Positions 18,915-27,507 of a DNA stretch of 64,000 nucleotides are shown here, piece after piece. Origin of the DNA: a virus (Duplodnaviria; Caudoviricetes). The notes beneath the pieces were generated by a model, which was not told where the DNA came from, made no database searches, and worked only from the letters and a program-made list of their open reading frames with translations. Each line of letters begins with the position of its first letter. The stretch's first letter is position 1. Made by a program: the position numbers and the translations under genes. The stretch spans positions 96,001 through 160,000 of IMG/VR virus record IMGVR_UViG_2595698595_000001. The stretch is one strand, 5' to 3'.

Positions 18915-20672
18915 ATGTCTTTTAAATATACTAGGATTAATCCTGCACAAGCCCAGAAAAAATGGGGTGCTAAATTAAACGAATCTTTCGAGTCTATCAA
19001 AACTCTTCCAGGTTTTGCTAACAAGATGAATATGATTTCGAAACTTGCTGCTATTAAGGAACTTAATGACGGTGGAGTTAACAAGGGAGAACGTGCTCTT
19101 ATGGAGAACTATCAAATCTCTGGAACTGGTGATATTCTTGGAATGGGTCCATCTACATGGCCTTCTGATCCAGGTACTGCTCCAGGAAATGAAGAAGGTG
19201 CTTGGACTAAACCAACCTACAAAAAAGGTTCTGGTGATGTTCCTTCAATGATCTTCGGATTAGCGATGAACGTTGCTGCTTACACTGTAGGTTTCGATAT
19301 CGTTCACACTATTCCAGTTGATACTCCGACAGCAGCTTTCCAATTCTTGGATTCTATTTACGCTGGTGGTAAACTTAACGAAGCTGGAAATCCTCCTTCT
19401 TACATGAAAGTAAGTTCAGTTAAACTTCGTGCTGGATTCGATTACAGTACTTTGGTTAAAGGTGGTCATGTATTCTTCAAAACTAAAGGAGATGATACTG
19501 CAGTTCATGGTATTTTCATGGGTAAATCGTTCTTCGATGGTGGTTTAATGATCAAACTTGAATCTACTGGTACTATCGCTACTAACGTTTATACTAAAAC
19601 TGATGCTATCTCTGTAGCTGATGTATTTACTGACGCTGGTGTTGAAGTAATTCCTGGTTCTTCTGCTACTGCAGTTGATGGTACTGCTTTAGATATCGAA
19701 GTTGCACAAGCTGAATACGTTGAATCTTTCCGTGAACATGTACAAGGTTTCACTAACAGTGACCAAATTACTCCACGTTCTATGGATAGAGCAACAGGTG
19801 AGCAAGGAACTCGTTCAGTATTGAACTTACGTTTATGGTCAACTTCTTTGGAAATGCGTACAGTTGAAGTACTTGCTGATATCACTAAAACTCAGTTGAA
19901 AGACTTAAGTGCATATGGTATCGATGGTGTTGCTCAGTTGTACAAAGCTTCTCAAAACGAATTGATTCAGTCAATTAACGATGAGATCATAACTGAATTC
20001 ACTCGTTTAGGTGTTACTAACCACGCTCAATTATTCGCAGCTCAAAACTTGAACTTGAACTTATTTATCGCTCCTGCTGGAACAGCTAATAAGCCTTTGA
20101 CTCAGTTTAACTACGGAGAATTCAAAGACGTTCAAGGTGTTGATCGTGCAGCTGAATTTGGTAATATCATAAACGCTGAGAATAACTCTGCAGCAGAAAA
20201 TACTTACACTCGTCAACGTAGAATTTACTCTCGTTTATTAGCCGCTTCAGCTATTATCGGTACAATTTCTCGTTACGGTTCTGGTGATGTTGCGGTAGTT
20301 GGTCCACAAACAGCAGTTGCGTTACAAGATTCTAAATCTTTCACTGCAGTTCCAATGGAAAACAACTTAGGTTCAACAGCTGATTTACATTACATTGGTA
20401 ACGTAAATGGTATCCGTATCTATGTTAACCCTAAATGGTCATGGGATGATAAACGTATATCTGTTGGACGTCAAGGTCAAGACGATCAACCAGGTTTGAA
20501 ATTCTTTGCTTACGATTTAGCTAGCTCTGTAGAGGTTATCGATTCTTCTACTTACGCTCCTAAAATCTGTGTTACTTCACGTTTCGCAGTTCAAGCATGT
20601 GGTTTCCATCCTGAGGCTTCTTACTTAACTTTCGTTGTCAACTCCGATTTCGGTGGTGATACTTGGGTATAA
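18915..20672 (+). CDS. gp23: Major capsid protein, T4 gp23-like
   Basis: KKW..KLNES delta-domain-like start; QLKDLSAYGIDG...NELIQSINDEII; GNVNGIRIYVNP; PKI...SRFAV; strong codon bias. Confidence 0.9.
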   Translation: MSFKYTRINPAQAQKKWGAKLNESFESIKTLPGFANKMNMISKLAAIKELNDGGVNKGERALMENYQISGTGDILGMGPSTWPSDPGTAPGNEEGAWTKPTYKKGSGDVPSMIFGLAMNVAAYTVGFDIVHTIPVDTPTAAFQFLDSIYAGGKLNEAGNPPSYMKVSSVKLRAGFDYSTLVKGGHVFFKTKGDDTAVHGIFMGKSFFDGGLMIKLESTGTIATNVYTKTDAISVADVFTDAGVEVIPGSSATAVDGTALDIEVAQAEYVESFREHVQGFTNSDQITPRSMDRATGEQGTRSVLNLRLWSTSLEMRTVEVLADITKTQLKDLSAYGIDGVAQLYKASQNELIQSINDEIITEFTRLGVTNHAQLFAAQNLNLNLFIAPAGTANKPLTQFNYGEFKDVQGVDRAAEFGNIINAENNSAAENTYTRQRRIYSRLLAASAIIGTISRYGSGDVAVVGPQTAVALQDSKSFTAVPMENNLGSTADLHYIGNVNGIRIYVNPKWSWDDKRISVGRQGQDDQPGLKFFAYDLASSVEVIDSSTYAPKICVTSRFAVQACGFHPEASYLTFVVNSDFGGDTWV

Positions 20673-20692
20673 CGTAAGTTAACCTTATAACG

Positions 20693-20726
20693 AAAACCCT
20701 GTTACTATTAAGTAACAGGGTTTTTT
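20693..20726 (+). terminator. Intrinsic terminator after capsid gene
   Basis: AAAACCCTGTTACT-ATTA-AGTAACAGGGTTTTTT. Confidence 0.85.
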
Positions 20727-20733
20727 AGTTTCT

Positions 20734-20768
20734 GTAACTGAAACTTTCTTTCATTTCGTAGTACTATA
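20734..20768 (+). promoter_or_regulatory. Early/middle promoter TGAAAC-N17-TACTAT (35-bp direct repeat, copy 1)
   Basis: Identical to 22151-22185. Confidence 0.75.
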
Positions 20769-20791
20769 AATAAAAACAAATACTTTCAACT

Positions 20792-21070
20792 ATGGATAAG
20801 AAAATCATTGGAACTGTTAAGTCAGTTCAAGGAGAAACTTATAATATTCGTTTACGTAATGTATTAGATCGAACACAGTTATTACTTTCATATGAAATTG
20901 GAATAACCGCAAATGTAGTCTTGAATACATCTAAATTACCAGATTTGATACCAAGTGAATTAGATGTTCAAATGTATCTAATGTATTATAACGAACATAT
21001 AGATTATCATATTAGAAACAATCAACCTTCTTTGAATAAAGTAGAAATCTCATCATTAAAAATGATATAA
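20792..21070 (+). CDS. Hypothetical protein
   Basis: 92 aa; TTTCAACTATG start context. Confidence 0.55.
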   Translation: MDKKIIGTVKSVQGETYNIRLRNVLDRTQLLLSYEIGITANVVLNTSKLPDLIPSELDVQMYLMYYNEHIDYHIRNNQPSLNKVEISSLKMI

Positions 21071-21106
21071 AAACTACATAAGTAGCAAACATAAAGAAAC
21101 AAAACA

Positions 21107-21646
21107 ATGAAACGTTTAAAAAATCTTAACATTATTGTAGCACAGACTAAGAATAATGTAATCGGAATTGGTAATAACTTACCATGGGCTATGGGTACTC
21201 AACGTATCGATATGAAAAATTTCAAACTTAGAACAACTGGAAACATTGTAATAATGGGTTACAAGACTTGGATGTCAATGGGTTCAAAACCTCTACCAAA
21301 TCGTATGAACATAGTTCTAACTTCTAAAAATATAGAAGACCAACCTGGAGTTTTCTTCGAGAATCCTAGCTGTTTAGATACATTCTTAGAGGATTTATGT
21401 CATGTAAATTCAGAATCTCAGATATTCATCATAGGTGGTGCTAATCTTATCAAACAAGTCAATCATTTAGTTACTAACGTTTATCTGACAATCATTGATA
21501 CTGAAGTCGAAGAATCGGAAGAAAACGTTATACTGAATACTTACGAGGATTTAGGTCTAATAGAATCAAAAGAAGTTCATACTTCAGAATATCCTTCTGA
21601 TGAACATAATCATTTTAAATCTACTTTCCACACTTTCACTTTCTAG
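21107..21646 (+). CDS. folA: Dihydrofolate reductase
   Basis: IIVA...NVIG..NNLPW...DMKNFK..TTG..VIMGYKTW.S...KPLPNR.NIVLT...FIIGGA. Confidence 0.95.
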   Translation: MKRLKNLNIIVAQTKNNVIGIGNNLPWAMGTQRIDMKNFKLRTTGNIVIMGYKTWMSMGSKPLPNRMNIVLTSKNIEDQPGVFFENPSCLDTFLEDLCHVNSESQIFIIGGANLIKQVNHLVTNVYLTIIDTEVEESEENVILNTYEDLGLIESKEVHTSEYPSDEHNHFKSTFHTFTF

Positions 21647-21649
21647 AAC

Positions 21650-21898
21650 ATGAGACCACAATTAGAAATCGATGAATTAATAGAACAGTTAAAAGACTTA
21701 ACTGTAAGACGTTCTGATCAAGAAGAAATAGATGCTATTCTTAACGTTCTTGAAAATGATTTAAGTTATGACGAAATCGAAAGTTTATATTTCGATGAAA
21801 ATGTAACAGATGTTGAACAACAGGCTAATAAAGCTCGTGAGTTTATGGATGGAGGTCTTGAAGCTGATGAAATCATGAATTATTATATCGGATATTAA
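21650..21898 (+). CDS. Hypothetical acidic protein
   Basis: 82 aa ORF. Confidence 0.55.
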   Translation: MRPQLEIDELIEQLKDLTVRRSDQEEIDAILNVLENDLSYDEIESLYFDENVTDVEQQANKAREFMDGGLEADEIMNYYIGY

Positions 21899-21899
21899 T

Positions 21900-22154
21900 A
21901 TGCTACATGATGATATTTTCGTTACATGTCTAATAATTTTCACTTCGATTTTATCGACTGTAATGATAATCAATACTTTCAAAGCTAAACGTAAACCTGA
22001 AAAGACTTTAAAGGAAGAATCTGAAGATTTAGTTAAAAGCTACAATAATCTACTAGAACGTGTCGAGGATTTAGAAATTAGAATCAAAGCTCATAACTTA
22101 AAAGTTGGAGCTCTTAAACGTGATCGTGACATATTGTTAAGTAAATACAAGTAA
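21900..22154 (+). CDS. Small membrane-anchored coiled-coil protein
   Basis: N-terminal hydrophobic helix. Confidence 0.55.
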   Translation: MLHDDIFVTCLIIFTSILSTVMIINTFKAKRKPEKTLKEESEDLVKSYNNLLERVEDLEIRIKAHNLKVGALKRDRDILLSKYK

Positions 22155-22185
22155 CTGAAACTTTCTTTCATTTCGTAGTACTATA
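22151..22185 (+). promoter_or_regulatory. Early/middle promoter (35-bp direct repeat, copy 2)
   Basis: GTAACTGAAACTTTCTTTCATTTCGTAGTACTATA. Confidence 0.75.
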
Positions 22186-22219
22186 TACTTAATAAATCAT
22201 ACATTAAACTTTGTCAATT

Positions 22220-22432
22220 ATGCTAAACTTCATCAACTCAAAAATAGGTGTTATCTCAATGGTTTTGGGATTCATTTTCGTAGCTTTAGGTGTAAATCGT
22301 GGATTTCTAGATCATGAGGATATTTCTATCATGTACTGGTTAATCGGTTCAATGCTTTCAATTTACGTTCTGATCTGGTTGTTTATATCAGTGATAGTTT
22401 ATGGATTCGTTAAGAAGTTAGGAAGATGGTAG
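22220..22432 (+). CDS. Small two-TM membrane protein
   Basis: Two hydrophobic helices; TCAATTATG context favours ATG 22220. Confidence 0.55.
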   Translation: MLNFINSKIGVISMVLGFIFVALGVNRGFLDHEDISIMYWLIGSMLSIYVLIWLFISVIVYGFVKKLGRW

Positions 22433-22884
22433 GCTATGTATTTTTATTCGGAAGTGTTTTAATTCTTTCATTGTATCTGATATTCAGAAATAATGGTTCT
22501 ATCGAATACGTAAAAATCAATTACGATTATTCAGAATTGATAAAGTTATTGAAAGAAACTTTTAGGATAGATTTCGAATCTGAACATTACTTTATCGAAA
22601 CTAAGATTTACAAGAATACTAACGATTCTGATGTTATCGAAATCAATAAATGTTCTTTACGTAATACATCTTACAAGTACAAACAAATTCTTTTTGATGT
22701 TAAATCAGGTACAGGTAGATACGATGATCTTTCAGCTGACGCAGGTGATTTCGATCCTTCATGTTACATAGTTTTAAGACATGGTAAGATATTCGAATAT
22801 AAAACAGGTTTCCGTAGAAACGATTATCATTTAATGCATGAAAATACTGCTAAAATCATAAAAGATAGATTAGTAAAGAAATAG
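22426..22884 (+). CDS. Membrane-anchored hypothetical protein
   Basis: N-terminal TM. Confidence 0.55.
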   Translation: MVGYVFLFGSVLILSLYLIFRNNGSIEYVKINYDYSELIKLLKETFRIDFESEHYFIETKIYKNTNDSDVIEINKCSLRNTSYKYKQILFDVKSGTGRYDDLSADAGDFDPSCYIVLRHGKIFEYKTGFRRNDYHLMHENTAKIIKDRLVKK

Positions 22885-22916
22885 ATTTCCATTTCATATT
22901 TATACTTTAATTTGGT

Positions 22917-22953
22917 AAACCGATTTGAACATGTTCAAATCGGTTTCGTTTTT
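22917..22953 (+). terminator. Intrinsic terminator (palindrome), followed by late promoter TATACATA 22955-22962
   Basis: AAACCGATTTGAACATGTTCAAATCGGTTTCGTTTTT. Confidence 0.75.
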
Positions 22954-22986
22954 ATATACATATTCCTAATAACTTAGGAATTAACT

Positions 22987-24267
22987 ATGAAACAATTTAC
23001 GTTGCAGGAGCAATCAATGCTTGATTTACATAACTTAGGTCATTCGGTTTCAGAAATAGCTGATATCATTTTTGAAACTGACAATAACGAAAAATTCACT
23101 CGAGATCAGTTACGTAGAAAAATTCGAAGAATACTAAAAGTACATAAAACTTCTCTAAACTCCGAAAAAGAAAACTTAAATCGTTTCAAGTCTGAAAATC
23201 CAGACATATACGAAGCGTTACTTGAAGAATGTGAAACTGCCGGACTAGATATAAATCTTGTCAATCATTTCTGGTATAAGTCAGAAAACTTCTCGATTAA
23301 CATGTCATCAGCTAGGAAAACTAATGACGAAATTCTCAAAGACTTTATAAGTTCAGTTTCTAAAATCGTTAAGAACATTAAAGCTGAAGCTGATACTTCA
23401 GTTTGGGATAACGTTTACAAAGCTAAAACTTTTCAGTTAGAATCGTATTCTGATGAGAAATCTGGTAAGTTATTAGTACCTTCGATATTCGATTTACATC
23501 TTGGTAAACTTGCTGATTTCGATGAAACTGGTGAGGAATACAACTACAAAATAGCTATTGAACGTTTCAATAACGCTATTGATGATTTAATACAAAAGAC
23601 TATTTCTTTTAATCCTGAAAGAATACTATTTCCAGTAGGTAACGATTTATTCAATTCTGATAAAGCTTTCCCATATTCTCAAACTACTGCTGGAACCCCA
23701 CAACATGATGATTTACGATGGCAAAAGATGTTTGTTCTAGGAAGACAATTAATATCGAATGCGATAACAAAACTTTCTGTAATAGCACCCGTTGATGTCG
23801 TTACTGTATTTTCTAATCATGATCATGAAAGGGTATTTTATCTAGGTGATGTTTTAGAAGCTGTATTTAGTAATAACGAAAGAGTAACTGTAGATAACTC
23901 TCCAAAGGGTAGAAAATACTATCAATGGGGTAAATGCATGATAGGTTTAGCACATGGTCATAATGAAGCTGTAGATAGACTACCACTTCTAATGGCTCAA
24001 GAACAACCTAAAATGTGGGCTGAGACTTATTATCGTGAGTGGTTATTGGGACATTTACATCATAAGAAAAAGTATATGACGGAACAAACTAAAGATTACA
24101 ATGGTGTAATAGTTACGTTTCTATCATCATTAAGTGCTACTGATGCTTGGCATTATTCTAAAGCATTTTCAGGTTCTATTAAATCAGCTGAAGCTTTCGT
24201 TTACGATAAGATACATGGACATGTTGGTACAGCAGTTCATAGCATTTATAACGAAATGACAGCTTAA
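22987..24267 (+). CDS. HTH + calcineurin-like metallophosphoesterase
   Basis: N-terminal GHSVSEIADII HTH; DLHLG, GNDL, NHD, HGH, GHLHH. Confidence 0.8.
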   Translation: MKQFTLQEQSMLDLHNLGHSVSEIADIIFETDNNEKFTRDQLRRKIRRILKVHKTSLNSEKENLNRFKSENPDIYEALLEECETAGLDINLVNHFWYKSENFSINMSSARKTNDEILKDFISSVSKIVKNIKAEADTSVWDNVYKAKTFQLESYSDEKSGKLLVPSIFDLHLGKLADFDETGEEYNYKIAIERFNNAIDDLIQKTISFNPERILFPVGNDLFNSDKAFPYSQTTAGTPQHDDLRWQKMFVLGRQLISNAITKLSVIAPVDVVTVFSNHDHERVFYLGDVLEAVFSNNERVTVDNSPKGRKYYQWGKCMIGLAHGHNEAVDRLPLLMAQEQPKMWAETYYREWLLGHLHHKKKYMTEQTKDYNGVIVTFLSSLSATDAWHYSKAFSGSIKSAEAFVYDKIHGHVGTAVHSIYNEMTA

Positions 24268-24269
24268 TA

Positions 24270-24277
24270 ATACATAT
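24270..24277 (+). promoter_or_regulatory. Late promoter ATACATAT
   Basis: Leader nearly identical to that at 10025. Confidence 0.7.
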
Positions 24278-24294
24278 TCTTAAATATCTTAAAA

Positions 24295-24537
24295 ATGAAA
24301 ACGTTAACACAATTATACGAAGCTGAAGAAATTCCAGCAAAAAGAAAATTCTTTGTAAGTCAAAGAGGTGTTGCTGACTTTAAGAAAGATTTGAAGATGA
24401 ACGGTATGAAATATGAAGAACTTAAAGGTAACAATTTCATACTTGATAATTCAAATCCTGGTAAGGTAAACATGGCTGTAAAAATGGTAAGGGAACGTGT
24501 AGGTTCTCAAAATATCAAAGAAAAATTCGATTTTTAA
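24295..24537 (+). CDS. Putative internal head protein with leader (MKTLTQLYEA)
   Basis: Shared motif. Confidence 0.6.
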   Translation: MKTLTQLYEAEEIPAKRKFFVSQRGVADFKKDLKMNGMKYEELKGNNFILDNSNPGKVNMAVKMVRERVGSQNIKEKFDF

Positions 24538-24539
24538 TC

Positions 24540-24881
24540 ATGCCAGTCTGGTTAAAGGAACAACCCAATAACTTACAGATACTTCATTCAGAACTATTAG
24601 ACAACTACGTTCAGTCATGGATTGAACGTAGTTTTCAAATCATTCCACCACATTCTATGGATACGAATTACATTACATGGAAATGTTTCGGATGTTCTAA
24701 ACCATTATCTGTAAAATTCGATTCAGTAAATCATAAAGATTTCTGTTGTAAGAATTGTAAACATTTTGCAGTAGGTAAACCTAATGCTATAATGTTACGT
24801 TTTATGTGGTCGTTTAATATGCACATACAATCAAGAATCATAAACAATTCAGCTAATTTGTCTGAATTACTAGAACAATAA
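24540..24881 (+). CDS. Putative zinc-finger protein
   Basis: CFGC...CKNC. Confidence 0.55.
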   Translation: MPVWLKEQPNNLQILHSELLDNYVQSWIERSFQIIPPHSMDTNYITWKCFGCSKPLSVKFDSVNHKDFCCKNCKHFAVGKPNAIMLRFMWSFNMHIQSRIINNSANLSELLEQ

Positions 24882-24883
24882 AA

Positions 24884-25069
24884 ATGAAAACATTAAAGTC
24901 AATGTTCGAGTCAATCATCAAGGATGATATGTCTCCGATATATGATAAAGCTAAAGACAAATCATATAACAAGAAAACAAATGACAATTCTGAAATGTCA
25001 CCAACTTATGACAAAGTTAAAGCTGGTAAGAACAAATCAGACGATTACGAAATGTCACCAACTAAATAA
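24884..25069 (+). CDS. Small leader-bearing protein with internal MSP(I/T)YDK repeats
   Basis: MKTLKSMFES; three repeat units. Confidence 0.55.
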   Translation: MKTLKSMFESIIKDDMSPIYDKAKDKSYNKKTNDNSEMSPTYDKVKAGKNKSDDYEMSPTK

Positions 25070-25073
25070 GAAC

Positions 25074-25112
25074 AAGCCTCATATGAAAACATGTGAGGCT
25101 TTTTAGTATAAT
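25074..25112 (+). terminator. Terminator hairpin fused to promoter TGAAAA-N17-TATAAT
   Basis: AAGCCTCATATG-AAAA-CATGTGAGGCTTTTT then AGTATAAT. Confidence 0.65.
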
Positions 25113-25147
25113 ATTTCTTTAAAGAATATTCATTAAAACAAAGAAAA

Positions 25148-25828
25148 ATGAAAATCGTATCCTATGACATCGAAACAACGGGTGTCAGTAAACAAAATGA
25201 CAATCAAATTCTAGAACTTGGATTTGTATTGTTCGACACTGATTCTAAAGAAAGACCAACTTTAGAAAACTGTCCAACTTTGAATCTTCGTATCATTCAT
25301 CATTTCATTTCTGGTAACCCATTCGCTTTGAATATGAATAAGCAACTTATCGAAGACTTATCATTCTATTTGAATAATGCTAACAGATTCAAGAAATCAC
25401 CTGAAACGTTTACAGAAGAAGAATACAAAATCATGGATTTGTATGTCGAATTAGAAGGTGTTCATGAAATCGTAGCAACTTGGCTTAAAGCTAATGGAGC
25501 CTATCATGAAGGTGAAAGATCGTTCAATATAGCTGGAAAGAATTTAGCTGGATTCGATATTCCATTCTCTGAAAATACTATTCCTGGATGGAACGATTTT
25601 ATAAGAGCTAAACGTAGGACAATTGATCCAGCTGTTTTCTATGTATTACCTACTGACACTTGTGTACCAAATCTTGAAGAATGTAAGAAACGTTCAGGAT
25701 TATTCGAGGATAATGTAGTTACACATAACGCAGTTGAAGACGCTTTAGATGTTGCTGTATTGGTTCATAATCAATTCAATGTAATGTACGACTTATCAGA
25801 AGGTTCGTATACCACTACAAGAAAATAA
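25148..25828 (+). CDS. DEDDh 3'-5' exonuclease
   Basis: YDIETTG, GKNLAGFDIPF, HNAVEDALD. Confidence 0.85.
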   Translation: MKIVSYDIETTGVSKQNDNQILELGFVLFDTDSKERPTLENCPTLNLRIIHHFISGNPFALNMNKQLIEDLSFYLNNANRFKKSPETFTEEEYKIMDLYVELEGVHEIVATWLKANGAYHEGERSFNIAGKNLAGFDIPFSENTIPGWNDFIRAKRRTIDPAVFYVLPTDTCVPNLEECKKRSGLFEDNVVTHNAVEDALDVAVLVHNQFNVMYDLSEGSYTTTRK

Positions 25829-25834
25829 CAACCT

Positions 25835-25875
25835 ATCATGTTTCGTGAGAGTATACATATCTCATGAAACATGAT
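25835..25875 (+). promoter_or_regulatory. Hairpin with late promoter in its loop, sequestering the resolvase ATG
   Basis: ATCATGTTTCGTGAGA-GTATACATA-TCTCATGAAACATGAT; ATG at 25864. Confidence 0.75.
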
Positions 25876-26559
25876 TTAACCAGACATATTGGAATCATCG
25901 GTATCGATGCTTCTTATAATTCAAGTGGAATTTGTATTCGTTTCTTCGATAAGAACAAGAAAGAACAATTTCACTTATATCGTTTATTTCCCGATTACGA
26001 TAAAAAGAAAAACTCAGTACATATCAAATGTCTGACATATCCTAAAGTATATACAGAAACTAAAGATTTTGAAATCGATGATTTAGGTAAGATCGAAAAC
26101 TGTAAACGTATTACATTAACTATCAAGAATCTAATGGATAGATATGAAAAAGAATTCGATATCAAAGCTTGGGATATTAGATTTGAAGGTAACGTAATGA
26201 ATTCATTCGGTGGTGGTTTACTTAGAATAGTTGATATGGTGAACTTAACTGGTATTCTAAAAGCTAATCTTATCAATAAGAAATCAGTTGGTTCTGTTTA
26301 CGCTATTCTAGAACTTAAGAAATTGTTCTGTGGTCGTGCTAGACCAGCTACAATTAAATGTCCTAAAACTGGAAAACGTAAACCTTCTGAAGATTCTAAA
26401 ATGATGATGATAAATAAGTTCTTAACTATTTATCCAGATTTCGATACTACTGGAAAAATCGATGACGTTATTGACGCTTACGCTTTATCTACAGTACCAT
26501 TGAAACATTCAGAAGATAAACTTAGAAAACTAACCGAATACATTAAATCTTTAGAATGA
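25864..26559 (+). CDS. RuvC-like Holliday junction resolvase
   Basis: IGIDASYNSSGIC, RFEG, ELKK..CG, DDVIDAY. Confidence 0.75.
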   Translation: MKHDLTRHIGIIGIDASYNSSGICIRFFDKNKKEQFHLYRLFPDYDKKKNSVHIKCLTYPKVYTETKDFEIDDLGKIENCKRITLTIKNLMDRYEKEFDIKAWDIRFEGNVMNSFGGGLLRIVDMVNLTGILKANLINKKSVGSVYAILELKKLFCGRARPATIKCPKTGKRKPSEDSKMMMINKFLTIYPDFDTTGKIDDVIDAYALSTVPLKHSEDKLRKLTEYIKSLE

Positions 26560-27482
26560 TGATTAATAGGAGAATAGCAATAGTAGTCCCATTCTGGAAT
26601 CTATCAGAAACGAGGTATAAAGCCTTGCAAATCTGTTGGGCAAACTTAGAGAATCTTAAGAAATCGTTTGACAAATCTAAATTCGATTCAGAACTTGACA
26701 TATTCAATTTTAACTTGTCTTCAACTAAAGAAAATGAAGCCAACGGTCTAAGAATAGATTCAACGATAGATTTAGTAGTTGATAAAGTATCTACCAGTTT
26801 TGATAAATCTATACGAATAAACGAAATGATAATGTATATCAAAAATCTTGGATATGATTTCGTAATGATGATGGATTCTGACATACTGATAGACCGTAAT
26901 TCGTATTCTAAGCTTTTCAAAATATTCAATACTTCAAACGTTAACGAACTTTATAAATTTAACATGGTAAGAACGTCTGAAAAAATTTACAAAGAATTCG
27001 ATAAAAATGGATTATTCTTACATGACTCGTATAAAGATAGTAAAGATATTTGTTTATGTTTAAATTCTGAAAATAAGAAAACTAGATATATAACAGGTAT
27101 TGACGGAGACATTTTTTTCAATATAGATAGATTTATCAAAGCTGGTGGATATAACGAGAATTTTAAGGTATGGGGGTTTGAAGATTGCGAATTTGTAAAA
27201 AGATTTAAATCTGATATCGATAATAAGGTAAGGAATTCGATGATTACTATTGCACATCTTTGGCATGTTACGCATACTTCGACAGCACCAGTCGAAGAAA
27301 ATGAATATGCTAAACTACAGGTAAGGTATTTTAGAAACGTTGAAAAGTTTATGAAAAAGAACAAAGGATCGAAAATCATTTATTCAGCATTTAATTCTGA
27401 TATCGTACCGACTATAGAATTTAAACATTCAATATCAAATTCAAGATACAAAATTTCTTCGTATCTATCATTAAACATCTAA
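26556..27482 (+). CDS. GT-A glycosyltransferase (GT2/GT7-like)
   Basis: IVVPFW, MDSD, GGYNENFKVWGFED, HLWH. Confidence 0.8.
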   Translation: MMINRRIAIVVPFWNLSETRYKALQICWANLENLKKSFDKSKFDSELDIFNFNLSSTKENEANGLRIDSTIDLVVDKVSTSFDKSIRINEMIMYIKNLGYDFVMMMDSDILIDRNSYSKLFKIFNTSNVNELYKFNMVRTSEKIYKEFDKNGLFLHDSYKDSKDICLCLNSENKKTRYITGIDGDIFFNIDRFIKAGGYNENFKVWGFEDCEFVKRFKSDIDNKVRNSMITIAHLWHVTHTSTAPVEENEYAKLQVRYFRNVEKFMKKNKGSKIIYSAFNSDIVPTIEFKHSISNSRYKISSYLSLNI

Positions 27483-27499
27483 CAAAGTTTTAGTATAAT
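27471..27499 (+). promoter_or_regulatory. Early/middle promoter TTAAAC-N17-TATAAT
   Basis: Matches consensus spacing. Confidence 0.55.
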
Positions 27500-27507
27500 A
27501 TCTTTAT

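Noticed and set aside
25864-26559. RuvC domain as TnpB/Cas12 or a transposase
   Set aside because: Only 231 aa with stand-alone resolvase architecture; no array or IS ends
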